64,000 nucleotides of DNA from Acidisoma sp. (GTDB lineage Bacteria > Pseudomonadota > Alphaproteobacteria > Acetobacterales > Acetobacteraceae): positions 3,825 to 67,824 of the forward strand of contig NZ_DATJJK010000021.1 in NCBI RefSeq assembly GCF_035492295.1. Direction: 5' to 3'. How positions within the stretch are numbered: position 1 is the first letter of the stretch; each line of letters opens with the position of its first letter. This document shows positions 48,285 to 56,706 of this stretch, in pieces. The notes beneath the pieces were generated by a model. The model had not been told where the DNA came from. It ran no database searches and saw only the letters and a list, made by a program, of their open reading frames with translations. A program made the translations under genes and the position numbers.

Positions 48285-50948
48285 TCAGGTTAGGAAGCCG
48301 CTAGGGTCTTGCACGACCTCAAAATCGCCCATCTGGGCAGGTTGCCCGCGCACGGCGTCTTCCACGTCGTCGCCGAACAGAGCATCGAAGGCCAGATAAC
48401 CGAGGAAGCCTCCCACGAAGCCGACGGCGGTGCCCAGCAGGGGCACCTCCGATAACCCGATCGCACCCACCGCCCCTGCCGCCAGGGCACCGCTCAAGCC
48501 GCCAGCGGTGCCAGATACGAACGATCTCGTTCCCTTAGCCTCGTAGTCCACGGTCGTATATTCTTTGTCGCTGAGCGCCATTTGTCCGAGTGTGAATATC
48601 GCCGCGGCTGGGCCGCCGGCGAAAGCTCCACCCAGGGATCGCCCGGCCGCGGATTCTATGCTTGATGCTTCTGCACCGCCAGTGGCGGAGGCGAAGGAGC
48701 GCGCAAAGGTGGACTCGATGGTCGCTCCCGTCGCGCCACTCGCGGTGCCTAAGAATGCCGTGGTGACGAGTTCCCGTACCGCCTCCGGATGCGCGTCGGG
48801 GTTCCATAGAATCTGGATTGCGTTAATAAGCGTCGCGATGCCGCCACCTAGCGCGGCCCCGGTTGCGGCCGCATTTCCGGTCCCACCCCCACCAGGGCCG
48901 GCTCCGCCGCCGCGTGTCGGCGTGGTGGCGGAGTCAATCGGAACTTCCACTCCGTTGACGGTCATTCTGCCCTGACCTTGCGGGCTGAAGTCAACCGTAT
49001 CAATTTGCACCGGACTGATGCGGCCTGCAGCGTGAGCGTCCCGAATGCCTTGCTCGGCGGCTGGGTCCGAGAGGCGGAAATTTCCGTTCGGGCCAAACGT
49101 GTTGGCCAGTTCCCCCAACCATGTTGGCTTTGCCGTCCCCGGGGAGGTCTTGAACGGATTCGTTGTGTATCGCGAGGCGGTGTCGGCGACGTTGATCTGG
49201 TATTCGCCACTCGGAAGGCGCGACGCTGTGGCGTAGTCGAGGCCTCGCACCGAAGCACCCTTCGGCGCCAGAATGCCGATCTCGCCTTGAGCGCGGCGCG
49301 CTTGGTATGCGGAGACTTCCGCCGTCTGGCCACGGATGAGCCGGTTGATCGAACCCTCCGTGCTTGCGGTGGCCGAGGAGATGTTAGCACCTGGCCGCCC
49401 GTAGGATGGGTCCAGAAAACCAGCTGCGATCTGGTCTTGAATAGCTGCCTGTGCCGCCTGGCTGGGATTTGCCCTGTCCCAGGCACCCGAGGACTCCAGG
49501 CCCAGGTTAGCAGGCTGACCGCTCACCGGCGGCGTGGCGCGGGGCACGTTTGGCTGGTTTGAAGCGGCACCCACGGCGGCGGCCGGTCCCCAAGGGAGAA
49601 TACTGTCGTCTGCCGACGAATTCCCAGCCGTCGTGGCGCTAGCCGGGGGAGGGGGCTGTGCACTGCCGGCACTTGTTGCCGTGCCCGGGGCGTTCGTTGG
49701 CGTCGCCGGCTGCGTCTGTATTTGGGCCTGCTGAGACTGAGCGGCCTGGGAGGCCGCCAAGTCCTGGTCGTATTTCTGGAACCTTTGTACCATCTGCTGA
49801 ATGGCAGCATCCTCGTTGTCGAGTGTGTCACGCTGGACGGGAGTTGGGCCTGTCTGGTCCCCTGTCGAAGCCGGGCTGGCGACCACCGTATTCGAATATG
49901 GCTCCGTGGGCAGCGTTCCCGTGTATTGGTTGCTGCCAACGCCCTCCTGCGGGCCGCCCGAATAGGGACCGACGAGATTACCTGAATATGGCGTATAGGG
50001 TCCCGTCCCTGGCATGTTGGTATAAGAATCAGTCGTCTGCGTGCCGATGCTGAGCTGCCAGCCCCCTACCTGAAATCCTGCGATTGGGGTGAACCCGGAG
50101 GGAGAGGTTGCTGCAGGGAATAGCGGGCCACCAGGCGTGTCCATGATCCTGACGATCGTCTGATCGGCTGGCAGATTGAGATCTATTCCCGGCCTTGGCG
50201 CAATGTCGACACCGCTGGCCGGCAGCGGATCATCGGTGGTGCCGGTGGGCGCATCCGGCATGTCGCCGCCACCGGAAGCTCCGCCCGCTCCGCCATAGGA
50301 AGTGCCACCGCCGCCAGCCCCCGAGGTTTCCGTTGCCAGAAACATTCTAGGGACAAATCCGGCGCCGCGACCGATCGCGCCAATCGCTCCGGGCTGCATG
50401 GCGGAGGGATGTATCGGAACATACGGCTGGCCGGGCAAGGCCGGCGGATCGTGATCGGTTGGCGCCCGAGCAAGAGAAATCATTGACCCAAGCTGGTCCG
50501 TCGGGCTGATCTCGCAGCGAACGCGCCCGCGCGCGTGCCGCACAAGCGCCACCAAGCGCACGTTGTCGCTTTCGCGCAGGCGGATCCCTCCCGCGGTGGC
50601 CTGAAGCTCGTCATCGCCACCGCCGCCCTGGATCAAGAATCTGAATCGCCCGTGTGCATCCGCCAGGGCCGCCTGGTCCGTCTCAGGCTCTAGCAAGACC
50701 ACGCTCGCGGCGGCATGCCCCTTCCCGTGGTCCGCTTTGGCGATAGCCCTGACCGCGTAAGTGCCAAGCGGCGTGTCACCGTACAGCCGAAGCGGATTGC
50801 GCGATGCATTGCCGTGAGCCAAGGCGAGATCATCATGCGAGCGTCCCGCAGCGGGCACGGGCCCGAATATGATTGCACCGTCAGCGTCGAGAACAGTCAG
50901 CCATCCCGCGAAGTCTCGATCATCGGGGAGGCCTATGCGAATTTTCAT
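48285..50948 (-). CDS. Multi-domain protein (887 aa): L,D-transpeptidase/Tlde1-like N-terminus, low-complexity linker, glycine-zipper C-terminus
   Basis: ATGA overlap with the upstream GT and GGAGG RBS fix the start at MKIRIG; GDTPLGTY...LIQGG...TAGGIRL; hydrophobic Gly/Ala helices at the end. Confidence 0.78.
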   Translation of the reverse strand: MKIRIGLPDDRDFAGWLTVLDADGAIIFGPVPAAGRSHDDLALAHGNASRNPLRLYGDTPLGTYAVRAIAKADHGKGHAAASVVLLEPETDQAALADAHGRFRFLIQGGGGDDELQATAGGIRLRESDNVRLVALVRHARGRVRCEISPTDQLGSMISLARAPTDHDPPALPGQPYVPIHPSAMQPGAIGAIGRGAGFVPRMFLATETSGAGGGGTSYGGAGGASGGGDMPDAPTGTTDDPLPASGVDIAPRPGIDLNLPADQTIVRIMDTPGGPLFPAATSPSGFTPIAGFQVGGWQLSIGTQTTDSYTNMPGTGPYTPYSGNLVGPYSGGPQEGVGSNQYTGTLPTEPYSNTVVASPASTGDQTGPTPVQRDTLDNEDAAIQQMVQRFQKYDQDLAASQAAQSQQAQIQTQPATPTNAPGTATSAGSAQPPPPASATTAGNSSADDSILPWGPAAAVGAASNQPNVPRATPPVSGQPANLGLESSGAWDRANPSQAAQAAIQDQIAAGFLDPSYGRPGANISSATASTEGSINRLIRGQTAEVSAYQARRAQGEIGILAPKGASVRGLDYATASRLPSGEYQINVADTASRYTTNPFKTSPGTAKPTWLGELANTFGPNGNFRLSDPAAEQGIRDAHAAGRISPVQIDTVDFSPQGQGRMTVNGVEVPIDSATTPTRGGGAGPGGGGTGNAAATGAALGGGIATLINAIQILWNPDAHPEAVRELVTTAFLGTASGATGATIESTFARSFASATGGAEASSIESAAGRSLGGAFAGGPAAAIFTLGQMALSDKEYTTVDYEAKGTRSFVSGTAGGLSGALAAGAVGAIGLSEVPLLGTAVGFVGGFLGYLAFDALFGDDVEDAVRGQPAQMGDFEVVQDPSGFLT

Positions 50949-53900
50949 GTTCCGCCTCCGGTCGCAACGCAGCGGGTCGACACCTCCTCGACATTTTCGG
51001 CTAAGTCGAGGTCGCACTTCATCCCGGTGAATGTCTCGACATATCCAGAAACCATGCGCGACATCGGGAACGCCAGATCAACATGACGGCGGGCCGCGAT
51101 TCCGAATGCTTCGCGCATCGCGGGGTCCCGCAACAGAATTTCGACAGCACTGGCCAGATCCGTGGGATTCGCGGTGGGGACGATGAAGCCGTTTATGCCA
51201 TGGAGAACCTGCTCAGCGGTTCCACCCGAGTCGTTGGCGACAACCGGAACGCCGGCAGCCATTGCCTCAAGCGACGCGTTGGGGCACCCCTGGTCGTCCG
51301 ATAGCATCACGAAGACGCGGAAACTTTGCAGGAAAGGCGTCACATCCGTATGGGCGCCGACAAACCGTATACAGCTCAAGCCGGCGCGTCCGATCTTGTC
51401 GGCCACATATGCCGCATAGCCCTTATGCCATGGATCAACCGCGCCAACGACGGTGAGCGTGACGCCTGGGATGCGCGCCGCCAGGACTTCCATCATGTCT
51501 ACAAGTTGCTCAAGCCGCTTGCTTGGGACGATACGGCAGCACGTGCCGATCGTCAGCTCTGGCATCCACCCCGTCGGTAGCGGTGCCGCGGGACACGCGA
51601 AGGCTGTTGGCACGCCATTGGGAATAACGCGAACTCGATCCCGAGAGCCATTCCGCAGCTCTAGCGGCATGCCGTCGCTATACTTGGCCACGAAACAGTC
51701 GATGCGCGCGAAGTAATCGGCGATGCTCAGGGAGAGACGGCGCGAGTAGTCACTTGCGGCGAACAACTCGTCACGCAGCATGGGTCCCGGACTTACGTCC
51801 ACGAGCCGCAGCGGCCGCACCTCCAGCACTTTGGCAATTGCAAGCTTGAGAGCAGCCGGGACGTTCCAGAACGCGAGCGTGGTTGCACCCATCTGCTCCA
51901 TCAGCTGCAGAACGCGTTCGCAGCGCTCCATGACCGTGGCTTGATTGTGAAGACTGAAGAGGAGGATGCCTGCGTCTTCAAGATGGTGCAGAAAGCCGGG
52001 CCCGTACAACGGTTCAAGGACGGCGACCGCAACTGGCTTTTCTTCGGGCCAACCGAGAAGCAGGTTTGACAGGGAACGTTGTGGACCGCCGAGATTGAGG
52101 TTCTCCGTCAAGATGAGCGTTACCGGCTCGGGCCTCGGCCGGACCGAACTTTCGGGAAGACCATAACGGCCCAGGAGTGCCCAAAGACGCGGCACAAGGT
52201 CGGGGTCGACGGGCAACGGATTGAGGAAGCGTTGCGGCCGAGTGGTGACCTCTCCGATCGCTCGGGCGTACATATCGACGTCCGAGGAGTCTTCGACGAG
52301 CATGTCGGTGGCGCTTAGCGCTTCGGCGTTGCCGCCGGCGTCCGCCGAAACAACCGGGCAGCCGCGGCCGATCGCCTCCAGCACCGCAATGCTAAGGCCT
52401 TCGTAGATGCTGGTGTTCAGGAAGACGTCGAAAGCTGAGTAGTAAGGCTCCGCAGGATGCACTGGTCCGGGCATGATCACGTCGGCAGTCACGCCCAGTT
52501 CCAGCGCCTGGCGACAGGTTGCCGTGTAGGCCGCTCGGCCGGCCCCCCATTCGTGATCCCAACCACCCAGGATCATCAGACGCGCCTTCACCCGTTCCTG
52601 CACTTTTGCGAGAACCCGCACCGCACGCGTGTAGGCTTTCTGCGCCTTGAACTGGCCGACCATGCCTATGAGCAAAGCATCATCCGGGATGCCGTGCCGC
52701 CGCCGGATCTCCTGCCGCTCCATCTCGGCCTCTTCGGCGGCGGGCGGTGGACGCTGCAACTCGTGGCGGATCACCACGACTGGCTTCCTGCACCCCAACG
52801 CCAGCATCTGGCGCTTGACCGCCTCCGAGACCACGACGACAAAGGGTATCCACGGCTTGTCGAAAGCCTGCGGCGCATCCCGCCACGCGGGTTGCGCGTT
52901 GTGAATGACCGGAATGACGTTAAGTCCCGCACGCGCGAGCGTCTCCAACTCGCGCAAGCTCACCATATGCGTAAAGACGGTCGCGGTAGCCGAGGCCAGC
53001 ACCTCGGCGGCGATCGACCGCATCCGGGTGGGCGATGCTTGCCCGTCGAGGCTGACAACTCTGCAACCGACGATGGCGTCTGTCGGATATGACGGCTGGG
53101 CGTTGTTGAGGAGAAACAGGTTGGACGTCACCTGCGTTTCCTGCAGGCGACTGACGACATCGTGGACAAGACGTTCCGCGCCGCCGAGCGCCATGCTCGG
53201 AACGACGCTGTTGAGATGGAGCGAATTGGCGAAAGAGGGTGCTAGCGGCTGCGCTGCGGCGATCAAAGTCATCGGGACGCGCGGGGAAGGAACTGAGCGA
53301 TGCGTTGACGGCAGGAGGCCAAACTGCTGGTACAGGCGATAGATGCGAGTCCCCGGCACTGGGTGGTTGTTATCGGGCACACGCATAGCGATTTTGTTGC
53401 CCCTGTAGGCGCCGCCTGACCTGCGAAGCGCGGTCCATAGCTCGTTCATCCAGTGCAGGCCGAACCAATTGGGATCGAATTCGGCATTGCCGTCAACGAA
53501 GGGTCGTATGCTTTCCCATTCATCGGGCGGCATCAAATCTGCGAGTATGAAATTCTCAAGGCTTTGTCGGTGAATTCCTTCGACGAAGGCCCGCGCCAAG
53601 TCAAACCATCGGGACTCGTCGCTAATCCGCCCCACGACATTGTCCAGGAGGTCCCCTGTCAGCTTCGTCCCCGCAGGGCACTTGATGACGTTCAACACGG
53701 CGCCCATGCGGTGGCCGCGAAATACATAGGGTTGCTCGAAGTCGAAGGGCCGAAGGCAGAGAACGTCCATGTCAACCCAGATCCCGCCCTGCTCGTGGAG
53801 CAGCTTGGTTCGGAACACATCGGCGAACAGCGCATAACTGCCCCCGCCGATGCCCAAGTCATTATCTGCGACGCGCTTACGAAAGATCTGGTCGCGCGGG

Positions 53901-54055
53901 AGGATCTCATTGGCATCCCGAATTGCCACGCCGCGTGGCAGCGAATTGGGCGTTTTCTCATACCTCCAGAGGTGAAACTCGTGCCCTTTGGCGACGAACG
54001 AGCAAAGCGTGAGAAGCTCGAGCCTGGAGAGGGGCCCAATCCAAAGTCCGTGCAC
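50945..54055 (-). CDS. Triple-domain glycosyltransferase (DxD GT-A domain plus two GT4-like GT-B domains)
   Basis: HGLWIG...ADVFRTKLLHEQGGIWVDMD; EGLSIAVLEA..GCPVV; QGCPNASLEAMAAGVPVV; true start may be CTG 54073/54076. Confidence 0.87.
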   Translation of the reverse strand: MHGLWIGPLSRLELLTLCSFVAKGHEFHLWRYEKTPNSLPRGVAIRDANEILPRDQIFRKRVADNDLGIGGGSYALFADVFRTKLLHEQGGIWVDMDVLCLRPFDFEQPYVFRGHRMGAVLNVIKCPAGTKLTGDLLDNVVGRISDESRWFDLARAFVEGIHRQSLENFILADLMPPDEWESIRPFVDGNAEFDPNWFGLHWMNELWTALRRSGGAYRGNKIAMRVPDNNHPVPGTRIYRLYQQFGLLPSTHRSVPSPRVPMTLIAAAQPLAPSFANSLHLNSVVPSMALGGAERLVHDVVSRLQETQVTSNLFLLNNAQPSYPTDAIVGCRVVSLDGQASPTRMRSIAAEVLASATATVFTHMVSLRELETLARAGLNVIPVIHNAQPAWRDAPQAFDKPWIPFVVVVSEAVKRQMLALGCRKPVVVIRHELQRPPPAAEEAEMERQEIRRRHGIPDDALLIGMVGQFKAQKAYTRAVRVLAKVQERVKARLMILGGWDHEWGAGRAAYTATCRQALELGVTADVIMPGPVHPAEPYYSAFDVFLNTSIYEGLSIAVLEAIGRGCPVVSADAGGNAEALSATDMLVEDSSDVDMYARAIGEVTTRPQRFLNPLPVDPDLVPRLWALLGRYGLPESSVRPRPEPVTLILTENLNLGGPQRSLSNLLLGWPEEKPVAVAVLEPLYGPGFLHHLEDAGILLFSLHNQATVMERCERVLQLMEQMGATTLAFWNVPAALKLAIAKVLEVRPLRLVDVSPGPMLRDELFAASDYSRRLSLSIADYFARIDCFVAKYSDGMPLELRNGSRDRVRVIPNGVPTAFACPAAPLPTGWMPELTIGTCCRIVPSKRLEQLVDMMEVLAARIPGVTLTVVGAVDPWHKGYAAYVADKIGRAGLSCIRFVGAHTDVTPFLQSFRVFVMLSDDQGCPNASLEAMAAGVPVVANDSGGTAEQVLHGINGFIVPTANPTDLASAVEILLRDPAMREAFGIAARRHVDLAFPMSRMVSGYVETFTGMKCDLDLAENVEEVSTRCVATGGGT

Positions 54056-54069
54056 GATCCGGTTCGCGG

Positions 54070-54933
54070 TCAGCAGGAGCCACCTCCTCGCCCGGTCGCA
54101 AGGGGCGCAACAAGTGCCTCTGCATCATCCCAATTCTTCCAGCCCCGCGCGCCAACACCGCCATTTATGAAATGCAGGAACACTGGAGGCAGGCAATCTC
54201 CGAACCCGTAGTCGGCGTCGATTCTATACCTAGAGACCGGCAGGCTCGGGCGATTTGCCTCCGGGTGGTGACGGAACCTGTCGACGATGCGGTTAAAACG
54301 TGCTGGCAAGACGGGATGCGAAGCCAGTCCAAACTTCCAGGCGGCAGCCGTGAGCGTTCCCTGGTCACGCACTTCCCAATATGGGTCCTCCAGCGCAAGC
54401 AGAGCATAGTCGTGCCACTGCTCCGCAAATTCCCCTGATTCACCAGAAAACAGGAACAGGCCCCCGTTCCAGTGACGCCAGTTGGGATCCGAGATGACTA
54501 CCTCGAACTTCTCATGAATTGCTCGCCGCAAATGATCGCAGTGCCCGGTCTGGCAACCGCAACGCACCGCGGTCCTGCTAAACCGGTCGAGCGTGACGTG
54601 ATCCATGGCAAAGGTGATCGGGGGCACGAACTTGCAAAATATCTCATCCACGTCCGAAGAGACGGCAATCTGATCGCTGTCGAGATAGCAGGCCAAGCCC
54701 GGCGTAGCGACAAGGCGCGGCAACGACGTCTTGAGCAAAATAGCGGCCTGGTGGTCGTCCAACCCCGCAGGCACGTCCACCGAGAAGGTTTGGTCGTGCC
54801 CGACCGGCGCGCTGCGCGCGGTCACGACAACAATATCCGCCCGCGAAAAGCGCTTAAGGAAGCGCAGCGACGTTTCTACCTCGCGAGCGGACCGCTCGCC
54901 GCAGACGCAGAAGACGAACGTATCCGTGCCCAT
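54070..54933 (-). CDS. GT-A (GT8-like) glycosyltransferase
   Basis: CYLDSD (DxD), WNGGLFLF, RDQGTL, FLHF pattern. Confidence 0.7.
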   Translation of the reverse strand: MGTDTFVFCVCGERSAREVETSLRFLKRFSRADIVVVTARSAPVGHDQTFSVDVPAGLDDHQAAILLKTSLPRLVATPGLACYLDSDQIAVSSDVDEIFCKFVPPITFAMDHVTLDRFSRTAVRCGCQTGHCDHLRRAIHEKFEVVISDPNWRHWNGGLFLFSGESGEFAEQWHDYALLALEDPYWEVRDQGTLTAAAWKFGLASHPVLPARFNRIVDRFRHHPEANRPSLPVSRYRIDADYGFGDCLPPVFLHFINGGVGARGWKNWDDAEALVAPLATGRGGGSC

Positions 54934-54969
54934 GGACCCATAACCGGAAGGTTGTCGGAAAAGCGCCGT

Positions 54970-56352
54970 TCACGTGATCGTTGCCGTCGTATTGTCGTAG
55001 TCAAAGACATAGCCACTCGGAAACGTCAGATTGCCAGACCCGTCAACCGGGTTGACGCACTGGGCGATCAGGTCCCACTTGTCATCGTCTCCCCGGCAGC
55101 GCACAGCGACAACGTTACCGCTGATCGTCGTCGGAGCGCCTCCAGCATCAAATAGGTTCGTCGTGATGCTTAGGGTGGACCCGATATATATGGGGCCACG
55201 ATAGATCAGCGTCATGAGCAAGAAGATGCTGCTGTTGTCCTCAATACGTATCACCGGCTCGCCGGGCGTCGCAGATTCACCGGAATTTTTGTAGATGCCA
55301 GTGACGACCCCAGCGATTGGCGACATCAGGATCGTATTCAGATAGCCAACCTGCAACTGATACACGCCGAGATCGATTGCGCGGAGTTCGTTTTGCATGG
55401 AGGTCGCCAGGTTCGGGAGCGACTGAACCGCCAGGAACTGCGTGTATTGCTGGTCCAGCAAGCTGATCTGTGCCCTCTCGTTTTGCGCCTGATTCTCGAT
55501 CGATGGAATTCTGTAACCGTAGTCGGTGTTAACGATTGTCTGGCCCTCGACAGAGTAGGCTTCCCCGGTCGAACTCTGCGTCTCACTCTGGCTGCCTCTG
55601 GTATCGATGTTCTGATCCGAGACGCCACCGCTTGTGCCCTGCTGGAATGTTTCCTGAATGTTGGGGCCAGTGATCGTCTCGGTGTAGCCACTCCCACCGC
55701 CGGGCATTGGTCCTTCACTTGCGGGACTGGTAAAGTTGGGCGCCCCGATGGACTCCATGTTCTCCTGACTGGTGGAGTGGGTCGTACCGGTCGAATGTCC
55801 AGTCGACAATGTTTGCCCTCGGCCGGATGACCAGTCCATCGTTGTGGTCGTCGAGTTGAGAACGCTGTTCGTCGTTCTGATGACGCCGACGCGTGAATCC
55901 GCCACGTAAGCCGCCGCCAGCTGGTCGGCCTGCTGCTGTGCCAGCATGGCGAGATTTGCCAGTCGGGCCGGTTTGGCATTGGCGCCTGTCCCAAAACTAT
56001 CGGTGGCCGCGGCGACAATACCGGCGATGTTACCGTAACGATCAAAGTAAGCATTCTGACGAAGAGCGACAGCCCGGTCGAGGGCGGCTGCACGGGGCTC
56101 CGCTCGTAGGGAAGCAAGAGCGGACGCGGTCACGGGCGCGGAAGAGAGAATGCCCTGGGAATCAAATTGAAGGCGCGACGCATCGCCCGAAACGGTCGCG
56201 TCAAGGTCGGAGTAAAATGTCGTAAAATCAAAGCCAACGACGCTGGACCCCAGCGTGACGTTCATTTGCTCGATGATCCCACCGGCGTCGAAGCAAAGCT
56301 GCGCCGCTTTATATGGACGTGAGCTCAAGGCAATGACCTTCGCGCTACCCAT
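54970..56352 (-). CDS. HlyD/MFP-like adaptor protein without membrane anchor, with Ser/Thr-rich insertion
   Basis: Two lipoyl half-motifs (AQLCFDAGGIIEQMNVTLGSSV; LMSPIAGVVTGIYKNSGESATPGEPVIRI) flanking helical segments; beta-rich C-terminus. Confidence 0.75.
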   Translation of the reverse strand: MGSAKVIALSSRPYKAAQLCFDAGGIIEQMNVTLGSSVVGFDFTTFYSDLDATVSGDASRLQFDSQGILSSAPVTASALASLRAEPRAAALDRAVALRQNAYFDRYGNIAGIVAAATDSFGTGANAKPARLANLAMLAQQQADQLAAAYVADSRVGVIRTTNSVLNSTTTTMDWSSGRGQTLSTGHSTGTTHSTSQENMESIGAPNFTSPASEGPMPGGGSGYTETITGPNIQETFQQGTSGGVSDQNIDTRGSQSETQSSTGEAYSVEGQTIVNTDYGYRIPSIENQAQNERAQISLLDQQYTQFLAVQSLPNLATSMQNELRAIDLGVYQLQVGYLNTILMSPIAGVVTGIYKNSGESATPGEPVIRIEDNSSIFLLMTLIYRGPIYIGSTLSITTNLFDAGGAPTTISGNVVAVRCRGDDDKWDLIAQCVNPVDGSGNLTFPSGYVFDYDNTTATIT

Positions 56353-56379
56353 AAGTTGCCCCCTGGAAGTAGACCGCCT

Positions 56380-56706
56380 TTAGTTCGAAGGATGAACCAC
56401 GCAGTCGATATTGCTCTCGAGCGCGCAGGTCGCAAAGACGCCCGAAATATTTTGAATTTGGATCGTCAGACACTCGCCTGGCTGTAGAGTTCCAAGCGTT
56501 GTCTGCGGACCGCCCGCGACTTGCGTGCCGATCTTCACCGGTTCGCCGAACACGTTGTTGCGTACATGCAGCAGAAGTGGCTTGTCGAAGCCTGCATTCA
56601 TCGTCATTCCGGCAGAGCCCCAGAGAAAGATCGTTCCGCGAACGCGCACTTCGTAGCTTGCATGCGTCTTACTGAGGAAAGACGGCATAAATGGAGACTG
56701 TTGCAT
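56380..56706 (-). CDS. Small beta-rich hypothetical protein (108 aa), first gene of the island operon
   Basis: GAGGAGG RBS before ATG 56706 (MQQSPF); ends 27 nt before the adaptor gene. Confidence 0.75.
   Translation of the reverse strand: MQQSPFMPSFLSKTHASYEVRVRGTIFLWGSAGMTMNAGFDKPLLLHVRNNVFGEPVKIGTQVAGGPQTTLGTLQPGECLTIQIQNISGVFATCALESNIDCVVHPSN

Noticed and set aside
39838-56706. Interpreting the block as T6SS/eCIS, a prophage or a classical type I secretion locus
   Set aside because: No recognisable sheath, tube, VgrG/PAAR, baseplate, terminase, ABC exporter or TolC genes, and no RTX GGxGxD repeats in the large proteins (judged by eye; remote homology not excluded)
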